From a virus, in IMG/VR virus record IMGVR_UViG_3300018018_000001, positions 96,001 through 160,000 of that record: DNA of 64,000 bases; one strand, given 5' to 3'. Both the position numbers and the translations under genes were made by a program. Shown here piece after piece: positions 1-9,701 of the stretch. Under the pieces are notes generated by a model. It was not told the origin of the DNA and searched no databases. It saw only the letters and a program-made list of their open reading frames with translations. The number at the start of each line of letters is the position of its first letter. Position 1 is the first letter of the stretch.

Positions 1-486
1 ATCCATTTTCCAAGAAGGTTTATGGATCTGCATCAGGCCCCTAGCATCTTTTGGACTGACTGCATTAATCTTAAATTCTGATTCGGTAAGTATAACTGCG
101 GCTACCTCAAGAGGATCATGATGATTAGCCAAAGCCCACTTGGTTATTAGAAAAGCGAAAATGAATGACCTGTCTGGGTCTTGGTAAGCCACTTTGCTAA
201 TTGACTTCCGCAGAGAATCTACATCCTGGAAGGCTTTTTCCATAGCCGGTAGGGTAGTGGCCAGCATCTTAATATTTTCGGCCACATAATAATTGGAATT
301 AACTCCATCTGCTAAAACCCCCGCTGAAATGAAGGGTTGCAGGATAATCATAATAACAACAAGAAATTTGACTAAAGACATGTAGCTATTAATGACTATC
401 TTTAACCATTCTTTTTTATCATAATCCCAAGCATATTTCCTGAATAATTTTTCAGGACTGCATTTTATTAATTGTTTAGTGTTCAT
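1..486 (-). CDS. Lytic transglycosylase (SLT domain), 3' end outside window
   Basis: Not in the ORF track; translated by hand from ATG 486 (GGAGG upstream): ...AAVILTESEFKINAVSPKDARGLMQIHKPSW, the SLT catalytic ES and GLMQ motifs. Hydrophobic segment LVKFLVVIMIILQPFISAGVLA near the N-terminus. Confidence 0.85.
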   Translation of the reverse strand, partial: MNTKQLIKCSPEKLFRKYAWDYDKKEWLKIVINSYMSLVKFLVVIMIILQPFISAGVLADGVNSNYYVAENIKMLATTLPAMEKAFQDVDSLRKSISKVAYQDPDRSFIFAFLITKWALANHHDPLEVAAVILTESEFKINAVSPKDARGLMQIHKPSWKMD

Positions 487-1216
487 TTATAACCTCCAAG
501 TTTTTTAAATCTAAAATCCTCCTTTCTTTGTCTTTTCGGCAAGTCTGCAAATAATCTTTAGCTATTTATTCCAGAGTCAAATTTTTACTTTGGTCCCTGC
601 AATCTGAAATTACCTCTGATGATTCTTTGCATATCAGGGGGGAGTTTAAGTCCTGATTCCTTTAGCTTTATTTCTTCCTCAACGGCTTTCATTTTTTCTA
701 AAACTTCATTGACATTTTTCTTATAATCTATTTCTAATCTTTCAGAGACTTCCCCTTGGATTAGAGTATCATTTTCCAGAACACTCAAATTAGGGGCGAA
801 CTTTTGATCCTTGGTTGTGGAAAATAGAGGTCTTAGAACTGTTGCCTGTGTCATAAATATTACTTCTACAGGATTAATCCAGAACAAATCCCCATTCTTT
901 GTTTCCTCTATTTCGGTAATGATTGTTACTCCAGTTTTGAAATAGTATTGTTTAACCATAAAGACAAATTTCTCCTTTCTTATTTTATTATCCCTTTCTT
1001 TTGAACTTGCAACCGTCTAAGAGCATTTTTAACATCTTGGCTGATAAATTCTAGGGATTGACAATCATGAGATTTCAGGTAATAACTTCGGGATTTTCTC
1101 CCTATGAATCCTTGAGTGTATGTAACTACCATTCTTTGTATATTGGTCATGGTAGGTAGAGTCTTTTCCTTCTTTCCAAAAATTTCTTTAAAATGCTTAA
1201 ACATTGACCTGTCCTC

Positions 1217-3415
1217 CTATTTATGGGTTTTGTTTTTCTCTATTAATCCTGCTTGAATTAAAATTATGGTCCCCACCTTGCTCATTTTATCACGTGGAAA
1301 GTATTGAGAGATAAATTTCATTGTAGATCCTTTATCTTTCATTATGTCAAATCCTGCCAGGTTAGCTTTTGCCCAAACCTCATTAACCTCTTTGGCCAAT
1401 ATCATCCTCTCTCTGGCCCATTTCCAAGCTTTTTGGATCTTGGTTGCCGATTTGTTTATCAACTCATGGGAATATTCTTCCAAGAGAAGTGTTTCAAAAT
1501 TTGCAACAGTTGGATCTGAATTGTCTTCAAAGGTGTTGAGGGCTGTATTCTTTAATGCTATCATGGGAATAGAACCAGAAGCTGCCCAATGAATTTTTTC
1601 TATTTCCTCAGGTTTACAGTTATGGACTATACCGGCAGTTGTAACAAAATTATGTGTATCTTCAACATCTATGCAGTATAGTGATTTTTCTTTTTTAGGA
1701 AGAGTGGATTCAGTAACAATGGCTATATCTAATCCAGGTATTCCAAGACCAATATCATATACTTTGGGATTATATTTAGGAGCATCTTTTGTTACTTTTC
1801 TTCTCATGCAGGGAATGATATATGAACCTATTTTTTTCATTAATTCTCTTGTTCCATCTGCATTGAAAATGATAACATTTTGGGTAGTTATACTGCAACC
1901 ATTAATTCCATAATCAGATAATTTCTTTATCAAAAATTCAATTTCATCCTTGGAAAATCCCATTGTTGCTAATGTTGCGATTCTCCCCCCTGATAAACTT
2001 CCGTCATCCATGTACCAAATTGCTAACATTAAACTGGTTAATTCAATGTCTTTCGGAACCATTTTTTTACCATTTGGATACCATTTTTCTCTTAATTGAG
2101 AACACCATATGCAAGATTCTGTACTTACTTGCCATGAATTATTTGCTAGGCTTTCTCTATATTTTTGCATATCTAACTCAAATTCCGATTGAACAAATTC
2201 ATCTAATAATTTAGATTTAAGTTTGGAATAAAGAATATCAGTTTGAGAGAAACGTAATCTTCTTTCTCCTTTGGATATGGAAGCATCCCCAAGTAAGGTT
2301 CCAATAACAATTTCCATCTGTTTTTTATTAGGAGCTAATTCTCCGGTATAGACTACTCTATTGCTTAATTCACCAGCGGGAATTTCTCCTTCTGGAGTAA
2401 TCCATTTATGGTCAACAGTTGAATTAACTCCTCTATAACCCAAAGAAGTTTTAACAGAATTTTTTAATCTGACACGGCACATCTCTCTACCTTCAAGTTT
2501 TGATTTGTGCCAACCATTTACAAATCTCCACCCTAAAGATCCATCATTTAATAAAGTTGCAACCTCTATTCTTAACTTATTTTGAACAATTACACCTAGT
2601 TTTATCCATCCATTTCTTGTCAAAACTGAGGTTCTATAATCTAAACACTTATACATCCTCCAGGATGCTCCCCCGATATAAGCATATATTACCATACCTT
2701 CAGTGAAAAGTCCATCAATATTTTTTATGGACATAGATTCTCTGAAATTATTATACATTGTGGTCAGGACTTCACTTGAGAGTATGGCCTTTCCGTAAGA
2801 TCCCCCTACAGGTAATTTTGTACCACTAACCAAATTAAGCATATTTGGAGGATTAACTTCGGCATCCCATATCTTTACCCCGAATAGGAAATTAACATCC
2901 AGAGGAACAGAATACTGGATTGTTATCTGATTTCTGAAACCAAATAACTCAAAGGAAAGATTGTATTCTGGGTTTGACAGGATTAACCGCATGATCCAGG
3001 AATTTTCTTGTAGACACTCAACCCACATTTGCTTAAATGGGTTGAATTGTGAATCTTGAATAACAGGGGTTAGTCTTGTTTTGTAGGTTATGTATTTTTT
3101 ATTTTGATACCAATAGGCATATGCCAAAACATTGGTTCCATCCAGTTTGTCCCATATCCTTATCTCATGAATATCAGGCCATTGGTAAGTCCCATTTTTG
3201 TCAAAGGGATAGTGAAGCTTTGGGGTTCCATAAATGACTTGTTCACATGCTTCACCATTCACTCTAAAGATTACTAAGGCCCCATATCTGTGATCTCCCC
3301 GGTTACAAAGATATCCATAAAGCCGATTGGGGGAATTAAAGGTATCCTCTACCTCAAATTCCTTCAAGTCTTTGGGGTTATCCAGGCCAAGTAATTCAAG
3401 AGCACGATTAATCAT
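1217..3415 (-). CDS. ATP-dependent RNA ligase-family nucleotidyltransferase containing an intein
   Basis: Motif I KLDGT, motif III FELFG, motif IV EGMVIY; motif V YK-C-K is interrupted by an intein. No DNA-ligase OB domain recognised. Confidence 0.7.
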   Translation of the reverse strand: MINRALELLGLDNPKDLKEFEVEDTFNSPNRLYGYLCNRGDHRYGALVIFRVNGEACEQVIYGTPKLHYPFDKNGTYQWPDIHEIRIWDKLDGTNVLAYAYWYQNKKYITYKTRLTPVIQDSQFNPFKQMWVECLQENSWIMRLILSNPEYNLSFELFGFRNQITIQYSVPLDVNFLFGVKIWDAEVNPPNMLNLVSGTKLPVGGSYGKAILSSEVLTTMYNNFRESMSIKNIDGLFTEGMVIYAYIGGASWRMYKCLDYRTSVLTRNGWIKLGVIVQNKLRIEVATLLNDGSLGWRFVNGWHKSKLEGREMCRVRLKNSVKTSLGYRGVNSTVDHKWITPEGEIPAGELSNRVVYTGELAPNKKQMEIVIGTLLGDASISKGERRLRFSQTDILYSKLKSKLLDEFVQSEFELDMQKYRESLANNSWQVSTESCIWCSQLREKWYPNGKKMVPKDIELTSLMLAIWYMDDGSLSGGRIATLATMGFSKDEIEFLIKKLSDYGINGCSITTQNVIIFNADGTRELMKKIGSYIIPCMRRKVTKDAPKYNPKVYDIGLGIPGLDIAIVTESTLPKKEKSLYCIDVEDTHNFVTTAGIVHNCKPEEIEKIHWAASGSIPMIALKNTALNTFEDNSDPTVANFETLLLEEYSHELINKSATKIQKAWKWARERMILAKEVNEVWAKANLAGFDIMKDKGSTMKFISQYFPRDKMSKVGTIILIQAGLIEKNKTHK
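1619..2647 (-). mobile_element. Intein with LAGLIDADG homing endonuclease (343 aa) in the RNA ligase
   Basis: Starts CLDYRTSVLTRNGW, ends HNFVTTAGIVHN followed by Cys+1; LAGLIDADG helices IGTLLGDAS and LAIWYMDDGS. Confidence 0.92.
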
Positions 3416-3878
3416 TTGTTATTCCTCAAATATTGATTTGAAAACTTTCTTTATTAATTCAGCAAAATATTCTTCTGCTACTTTCCAAGTTTCTTTTCTG
3501 GTTTCCCTTGTGTATTCAAATTCCCTAACCTCAGGCCAAAATATTTCATTCTGTCCTTTCTTTTCAAAAATCTTAATTCTTGGACCATAATATCCTTGTG
3601 ATCCACGTGCTACCCAAGTCATATGGCCTTTACTGTATGCCATTAGGTAATGCTCTGTTTCGTGAATAATCTGTAAGGGAACACCAAAATCAACTCCACC
3701 TGTTGTAAAGACAGGTTTTCCCTTATCATCGTCAAATCTGGTCATTGGTAATGGTTGACTAAACATTCTTACCTCATTAATACGGGAGCCAGGGTGTCTA
3801 AACCTCCCATAGTCTGGAATCTTGGGAATTCCCCGCACCAGAAAAGAGGTAATTCCCCGGCTCCTAACCATTAAAAGT

Positions 3879-3948
3879 GGGGAGCAGGATCTTGATAAAG
3901 GGATTTCAGCAAAAACTGAGTATTCTTTACTCTAAGATCCCCATCCCC
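3879..3948 (-). other. Long imperfect intergenic hairpin
   Basis: Nested complementary blocks GGGGA/TCCCC, GGATCTT/AAGATCC, TAAAG/CTTTA and TCAG/CTGA around a 6-nt loop. Confidence 0.6.
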
Positions 3949-3988
3949 TTGTAATAGTCTCTTCGGCAAATCTTCAGAAATAGTTTAG

Positions 3989-4264
3989 CTACTTTTTAAC
4001 AGCATCCAAAGAATTTTTATAGCAGGAGATTGTACCCTCTAACTCCTTGGAATATTTGACGATAGCATTCATATTGTCCAGGACTTGGTTGAAATTGTCC
4101 GGGTGAGCTATCGTTTTGTTCATGTCCAATGGTTTGGGTGTCGGTTTCAATGGGACTGGGCATTGGGGGATTGGACATTGCACTTGGCTTATTTTTGGGC
4201 TGCAACTCGCTAGAATTAAACCACAAAATAACGTCATTGTAAATACCCTTAGCTTCCTTTTCAT
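3989..4264 (-). CDS. o-spanin (Rz1-like outer-membrane lipoprotein)
   Basis: MKRK + hydrophobic stretch + lipobox LAS-C, then a Pro-rich mature region; almost fully overlapped by the upstream TM/coiled-coil gene in another frame; GGAGG 8 nt before ATG 4264. Confidence 0.75.
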   Translation of the reverse strand: MKRKLRVFTMTLFCGLILASCSPKISQVQCPIPQCPVPLKPTPKPLDMNKTIAHPDNFNQVLDNMNAIVKYSKELEGTISCYKNSLDAVKK

Positions 4265-4748
4265 AATCATATCCTCCAAAGTAGTAAGTTTCTGGCACTG
4301 GTGGGCCAGTTATTGTCCCTGTCTCAGGGGCAGGGGTTGTTTCTACAGGCTTATTTCCCTCTTGGGTAGGGGGTGTAGCCACTCCAGGGGTAGATATGAT
4401 TCCAGGGGCTGCTGGAGGCGTTGGCTTAACCACTACTCCAGGAACAGGCTTAGCACAAGTCTTTTTCAAGGCATCAATCCTATTTTGAAGATCTTGGGCC
4501 TTTTTCTCAATATCCTGAAGGTTTTGAATCTGAATCAACAAGGCATCCCGATTTTGGGTCAATTCCTGATTGACTTTCTTTTGAGCTTCCAGGCTACTTG
4601 TTAGGGTAAGTACCTGATTTTGTAACTTTACTATATCCCCTTTCTCATAAAGATGAAGGGCTCCTAAATACCCACTGGCTGCCAAGAGAAGAACAATAAT
4701 AATGTTCTTAGGATTTTTCAAAATATTGAGTATCATTGTCATCCACAT
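4017..4748 (-). CDS. i-spanin (Rz-like)
   Basis: N-terminal TM (IIIVLLLAASGYLGAL), coiled coil, Pro/Thr-rich linker; overlaps the lipoprotein gene. Confidence 0.7.
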   Translation of the reverse strand: MWMTMILNILKNPKNIIIVLLLAASGYLGALHLYEKGDIVKLQNQVLTLTSSLEAQKKVNQELTQNRDALLIQIQNLQDIEKKAQDLQNRIDALKKTCAKPVPGVVVKPTPPAAPGIISTPGVATPPTQEGNKPVETTPAPETGTITGPPVPETYYFGGYDYEKEAKGIYNDVILWFNSSELQPKNKPSAMSNPPMPSPIETDTQTIGHEQNDSSPGQFQPSPGQYECYRQIFQGVRGYNLLL

Positions 4749-4769
4749 ATCTTTTCTCCTTTACAATTA

Positions 4770-4799
4770 TGTAAGAAAAATTACCTATTTTTTCTTACA
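4770..4799. promoter_or_regulatory. Perfect 11-bp inverted repeat upstream of the spanin genes
   Basis: TGTAAGAAAAA-ttacctat-TTTTTCTTACA fills most of the gap between the GT gene and the i-spanin RBS; operator or weak hairpin. Confidence 0.45.
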
Positions 4800-4801
4800 A
4801 T

Positions 4802-7051
4802 TTATTTTGGTGATTCTGTTTTCACTATATCTTTTTGAAGAAATCTGAGTAATTCTCCCTGAAATTTTTCTACTGTGGGGAGATTAAGGCATCGGGGTTC
4901 ATGAAGTAAGCAAGTTTCCCACCACCCCTCCCCCACTACGGCATTCCAGAAACAAGGATCACAGGCCCCTGTGTGAAGAAGAATATCATTGGAATTCTTG
5001 TAGAAGAACAACTCTGGAGGAGTGCATGTTTGCCATACCATTGATGGGGTTCCTACAGAGTGAGCAAGATGATAAAGAAATCCCTCTAATCCAAAATATA
5101 AGCTGGCTCTTTTGAGCACATTGGCCGAATCCATAATGCTCAATCCTCTGAAATCAAGGTCTACATCCTTAATCAAATCATCATCTTTTGGTCCCAATTG
5201 GGCTATGGGATAAACCCCTTTGGCTATTCTTAAAATTTCACTTAGTTCTTCATCTTTGATGCATTTCAAGTTTCCTACTGTTCCTACATTATTATGGACT
5301 ACAATAAACTTTTCGGGTAAGGTATCCACGCCATTTGGCAGTTTAGTAGATTTATAATCTATATCAAAGGATAAATCTTTGATACTTGCATACTTTTCCA
5401 ATCCACAACTCTTTAACATCAAGTCAATTACGTGCATTCCAAGTTGTTTCAATCGGCAATTGGAAAAGGCCCACCCATTGTAAAATTCAATATACTTATT
5501 GGCAAATTCATTATTCTCTTCTCCATAGACTCTACTGACATATCGAACATCATAAAGAGTATCGAAAGTATGCAAAAGAGATTTCAGGACAGTGTTGTAA
5601 TGGACTCCTTTTTCCAGAGTAACATAGTCTACTAATCCAGGTTGAGTTAATAGAATCTCATCCCCCTTTTCAATGATCGCCACAACCCATGCTTTGGGAT
5701 GCTTTCTCCGGATTCCCTTTAATACAGGGATAAGCTGAAGAGTATCACCATACCCACCTAATTTGATTACCCCGATATACTTTCTTCCTTTCAATAATTT
5801 CTTGGCTTCTAAAGCCATGGTCCTAAGAGGTACATTTATTGGGGCAAAGAAATAGGGTCTAACAGGTTCCAGTTTAACTTTGGATAAATTATCTACCTCT
5901 TCTTTCAATTTCTCATAAGAGGCTTCCCAAGAATATTTCTGGACCCACTCATAAGCCGTATCTGTTATTTTCTTGGCCCTTTTCCCCTCTTTGTATTTCC
6001 AATCATCATACAAATCATTCAGAGTATTTACTATTTTTTGCTCAGAAGGGATAGCCATTTTCTGTCCTTGATCCCCTGTTATCCAAGCGGCTACATCAAT
6101 CAAACAACCTCTACCCTCAGACAAAATTTCTGTTCCTGAGGTATAATCGGTTCCTATTGCTACTATCTTTGCAGCCATGGCTTCCAGGTAGGGTAATCCT
6201 AATCCCTCACAAGAGCTATTCAGAAGAAGGGCATGAGATTGAGCATAGATTTTGGCCAATATATCATCCTTTAGAATTTTTCCTGTTCCTGAAGCATCTA
6301 CTAAGTTAATCTTTAATCTCAGGCCGGGGTAATGGGGGATTATATCCAGAAGATCATACCCCTCAGGATCACGGGCTGCGGTGACTAAATACAAAACTGT
6401 ATCATCCTTTTTCTGTGAAAATTTGTGAAATGCCTCAAGGCTTAGGGGTATCTGCTTTCTTACACAATTTTTGGATACTACCAGGACCGTAAACTTATTG
6501 GATTTTGTTTGTTCTTTTACAGCCTTGTCAAATAGATCCAAATCAACCCCATGATATATGACTTTAATATTTCCATTATCAGCATTAACTTTGGAAGGGT
6601 AATCTTTTAGAACTCTAGCTCCCCAGTAAGAAGTAGTTACAACTTTATCAAAAGAATCAAGAATTTCACAGTAAGCAAGACTCAAGGGAGAGGAATCTAT
6701 GTTAATATATCCTAAAACTTTCATTCTCTTATCCCTGTGGTCCCTTGATAGGTTATATTCATTCTTTATGGAGGGTAGGATTCCGAAATGCCAAAGATCT
6801 CCATGACAGAATAAAATATCAGGGGCTATCCTTAGAATATGGCCAGTAAGGGCATCCCTGTCTAATCGGCTACCTATTGGGTGAGTTACATAGGGTAATT
6901 TTATATCAGTTTGTTTATAATTGTATCCAGTACACTCCACATGATACCCATCCCTATGAAATCTGTTAGCCAATTCCCGACAAGTTTTTCCCATTCCCGA
7001 ATAGCTTTGAGGGGAATCAGTCACGAAAAGAATTTTAGCTTTTTTATCCAT
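4802..7051 (-). CDS. Two-domain glycosyltransferase: GT4-like + GT9 (heptosyltransferase-like)
   Basis: N-terminal GT-B with GMGK, HGVD and EGLGLPYLEAMAA; C-terminal IKLGGYGDTLQLIPVLKGIRRKHPKA and EGFLYHLAHSVGTPS typical of GT9. Confidence 0.85.
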   Translation of the reverse strand: MDKKAKILFVTDSPQSYSGMGKTCRELANRFHRDGYHVECTGYNYKQTDIKLPYVTHPIGSRLDRDALTGHILRIAPDILFCHGDLWHFGILPSIKNEYNLSRDHRDKRMKVLGYINIDSSPLSLAYCEILDSFDKVVTTSYWGARVLKDYPSKVNADNGNIKVIYHGVDLDLFDKAVKEQTKSNKFTVLVVSKNCVRKQIPLSLEAFHKFSQKKDDTVLYLVTAARDPEGYDLLDIIPHYPGLRLKINLVDASGTGKILKDDILAKIYAQSHALLLNSSCEGLGLPYLEAMAAKIVAIGTDYTSGTEILSEGRGCLIDVAAWITGDQGQKMAIPSEQKIVNTLNDLYDDWKYKEGKRAKKITDTAYEWVQKYSWEASYEKLKEEVDNLSKVKLEPVRPYFFAPINVPLRTMALEAKKLLKGRKYIGVIKLGGYGDTLQLIPVLKGIRRKHPKAWVVAIIEKGDEILLTQPGLVDYVTLEKGVHYNTVLKSLLHTFDTLYDVRYVSRVYGEENNEFANKYIEFYNGWAFSNCRLKQLGMHVIDLMLKSCGLEKYASIKDLSFDIDYKSTKLPNGVDTLPEKFIVVHNNVGTVGNLKCIKDEELSEILRIAKGVYPIAQLGPKDDDLIKDVDLDFRGLSIMDSANVLKRASLYFGLEGFLYHLAHSVGTPSMVWQTCTPPELFFYKNSNDILLHTGACDPCFWNAVVGEGWWETCLLHEPRCLNLPTVEKFQGELLRFLQKDIVKTESPK

Positions 7052-7590
7052 TATTTTACTCCTTTCAAATTTAAAGAAAACGAAATTTGATTTCCTTGAT
7101 TATCTGGTAGCCACCCCCCTGAAACATCCATTCCTTTTCCAGTGGAACTTTCTACCCAAGGTTTAAATCTTTCAACATTTTTAAGTCCAGCCTCTTCCAT
7201 AAGATTAAATAGAGAAAGGCTTGTATATCCCCATTTGTGGATATCCCAAATATTGACTTGCCAGCCATACATGATTTTAATCCAATCATTTTTCAATATT
7301 GGGTCTATTGCATCATTAACCATCCTGGATACAGTTTCAATATCCGGGACCGCTAACCACAAAGTACCTCCATCTTTAAGCATTTTTACCCACCTGAATA
7401 CTAATTCTTCTCCTATATCCCTGGAAAAATGTTCAAGAAGGTGACTGGAATAGATTTCTTCACATGATCCCTCAGGCATTATGAAATCAATTGCATTTGA
7501 GCAAATATCAGGTTTTAAGCTTGGATCTATATCTACTAAAGTCCAATCGGGTCCGGGTCGATGGGTTGATGATCCTAAACTGATTTTCAT
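7051..7590 (-). CDS. SAM-dependent methyltransferase (type 11-like)
   Basis: ISLGSS...EIYSSHLLEHF...LKDGGTLWLAVPD. Confidence 0.8.
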   Translation of the reverse strand: MKISLGSSTHRPGPDWTLVDIDPSLKPDICSNAIDFIMPEGSCEEIYSSHLLEHFSRDIGEELVFRWVKMLKDGGTLWLAVPDIETVSRMVNDAIDPILKNDWIKIMYGWQVNIWDIHKWGYTSLSLFNLMEEAGLKNVERFKPWVESSTGKGMDVSGGWLPDNQGNQISFSLNLKGVK

Positions 7591-7601
7591 ACTATTTCCT
7601 T

Positions 7602-8210
7602 TTATTTTAATACAGTATAACAGACAAGTGATTTTTCAAATGATATAACATCCATTTTGGTGGCTATTTCATTTTTGATATACTTAGTTATTAAATGCCA
7701 AGGTTCATTATCACTTAGGGAATAGATAAAGTCATGCCAAGCTATTATTTTAGGGGGTGGGGCATTACTTTTTTTTAATCCCTCTAACGCTAACTCTGAG
7801 TCTGCTTTTGCCCCATTATAGGTATGATCACCATCTATGTATACCATAGCAAGATTGGTAAATGTTTCATAATTTAAGGTTTTAGAATCACATTGGATCA
7901 TTGACACATTTCTTGCATTTTTACACCATTTGCCTCTTTCAGTTCCGGGCCAATCTATTCTTTGATCCTTATGCATTACGACAGGATCAGGGCAATCAAC
8001 AGTGTATATATGTTTGTTAGGATTATACTTAGCTAATAGACAAGTTGTATGACCAAATTGTGTTCCAATTTCTAATATGTTTCCACTTATCTGTTTGGAT
8101 AGCCATATAAGTACTTTAACATCAATAAGAGGGGTGCTTGTATGTACCTCTTTAAGTAGTTCTACGTCAGAATTTAAAATTTCTTCTGGGTAAGGGTGTA
8201 TAAGTAGCAT
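7602..8210 (-). CDS. Class I SAM methyltransferase (Methyltransf_24-like)
   Basis: ILEIGTQFGHT, YIDGDHTY, AWHD. Confidence 0.8.
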   Translation of the reverse strand: MLLIHPYPEEILNSDVELLKEVHTSTPLIDVKVLIWLSKQISGNILEIGTQFGHTTCLLAKYNPNKHIYTVDCPDPVVMHKDQRIDWPGTERGKWCKNARNVSMIQCDSKTLNYETFTNLAMVYIDGDHTYNGAKADSELALEGLKKSNAPPPKIIAWHDFIYSLSDNEPWHLITKYIKNEIATKMDVISFEKSLVCYTVLK

Positions 8211-8215
8211 AGTAG

Positions 8216-9004
8216 TTATTCCTCCTCTTTTTCTATACGATGTTTATCTTCAAAAATATCACAAGGATTGCAATATCCTACATCTGGACATAGCATACTT
8301 GTTATTCCTTCTTGTAACCAATCATCAAGTAAATTTCCTTTTATTCCTTTTTTAGACTGGGTATACATAAAGTAATGGCAAAAGTAAATATCACCAAGTG
8401 GAGATACTATATCTTCACCAAATGTAAAGCATTTGGCAGCAGGTTGTTTTTCATTATTACACCTATAAACCAGATGATGAGGATTAAATGAACCATCTGG
8501 TCGATATCCTATTCTTGGTAAGAAGCTATTACCAAAGTATTCAAATTCTTCCTTATCTGTTATAGGATCTACTAAAGCTGAATAGTGAGTTCCAACACTC
8601 TTAAATTTGGATCTTAGTAAAGATATTTTTTCACAATGTTCTTTAAATCCAATTTGGGTAGAATGATATGATAATTGGAATCGTTGAATGCTGTTTGGAT
8701 TCAGTTTCATTAAGGTATTCACCCCCTGATCTGAGGTATTGGAAGCTATGTCAATCTCTTTAAATTTGCTATAATCAATACTATTGACAATCTCAACAAA
8801 CCCCTCATGTAGAGTAGGTTGACCTCCTGTAATAACTAATTTGTCAACCCCGGATAGCTTATTTATGGCGGTTATCCAATCCTTAGCATCTCTTCTAGGA
8901 TAGTTACGTTTATATCCTTTATTAAACTTATTAATACAATAAGAACAATTAAAATTGCAGTCCAAAACCAGAAATAAATGACAGACACTTGATGGAAATT
9001 TCAT
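8216..9004 (-). CDS. Radical SAM protein with C-terminal Cys-rich (SPASM/twitch-like) region
   Basis: CNFNCSYC, ITGGQPTL, C-terminal GDIYFC and CPDVGYCNPC. Confidence 0.85.
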   Translation of the reverse strand: MKFPSSVCHLFLVLDCNFNCSYCINKFNKGYKRNYPRRDAKDWITAINKLSGVDKLVITGGQPTLHEGFVEIVNSIDYSKFKEIDIASNTSDQGVNTLMKLNPNSIQRFQLSYHSTQIGFKEHCEKISLLRSKFKSVGTHYSALVDPITDKEEFEYFGNSFLPRIGYRPDGSFNPHHLVYRCNNEKQPAAKCFTFGEDIVSPLGDIYFCHYFMYTQSKKGIKGNLLDDWLQEGITSMLCPDVGYCNPCDIFEDKHRIEKEEE

Positions 9005-9675
9005 TTAGAATCTCCTTGTTTTTTCTTGATTATCATAAAATTCCTAAGGGACTTGGTAACACTGTAGGAATCTATATCACTTATTAGGTTTCTTCCAATT
9101 ACTTCGTCAATATCTTTAGCAACATGAGGGAAATCAACATAATTGTAGTCATGAATAGTCATAAATTTTAAAGTGACGGGCCAAAATCTAAGGATGTCTT
9201 TTTTTGCTTGAGACTCCCCATGAGCACCATCTATATGAATCCAATCATATGTTCTTTGAAATACTGGGCTGTTAGTTTGTCCCTCAGGCATAGTATCTAA
9301 ATTAAAAATGGACCATAGTATATTATCTAAATGAGGAAATTTACTGGAGTGAAGATTTTTGAAGCTATTTATAAGCCTTCTGGCTATATCATTTGAGTTT
9401 TCAATATAGGATTCATTATCTATACCTATATACTCCTTTAACCTGTGAGATCCTAACATAATGGCGCAAGCCGACATTCCTTTGTATACTCCTATTTCTA
9501 ATACAGATTCAGGATTAATCATATAAGCAATGTTGTAATAAGCTTCATATTCTATGTCAATAGTCTCACTAGTAATTGACAAACCCATTCCCTTATGAAT
9601 AATCTTAAATTTTTCTACTTCTGCAGAAAGAATTTCAAAGGATGCTTCTTTCAATAAATCATTGATAATAGCCAT
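9001..9675 (-). CDS. Class I SAM methyltransferase (Methyltransf_24-like)
   Basis: VLEIGVYKGMS, WIHIDGAHG, IHDY. Confidence 0.8.
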   Translation of the reverse strand: MAIINDLLKEASFEILSAEVEKFKIIHKGMGLSITSETIDIEYEAYYNIAYMINPESVLEIGVYKGMSACAIMLGSHRLKEYIGIDNESYIENSNDIARRLINSFKNLHSSKFPHLDNILWSIFNLDTMPEGQTNSPVFQRTYDWIHIDGAHGESQAKKDILRFWPVTLKFMTIHDYNYVDFPHVAKDIDEVIGRNLISDIDSYSVTKSLRNFMIIKKKQGDSK

Positions 9676-9701
9676 ATAAGTTCTCCATAAGTTTTAAAAT
9701 G

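Larger units (their letters stand above)
585..3871 (-). other. Hypothetical phage proteins at 585-959, 980-1204 and 3419-3871 (flanking the RNA ligase)
   Basis: Co-oriented ORFs packed in the leftward operon; no motif recognised. Confidence 0.6.

Noticed and set aside
4116-4604. 162-aa plus-strand ORF and other antisense ORFs in the track (e.g. 36228-36806, 51910-52458)
   Set aside because: They lie opposite well-supported genes in strictly co-oriented operons and show no recognisable domains.
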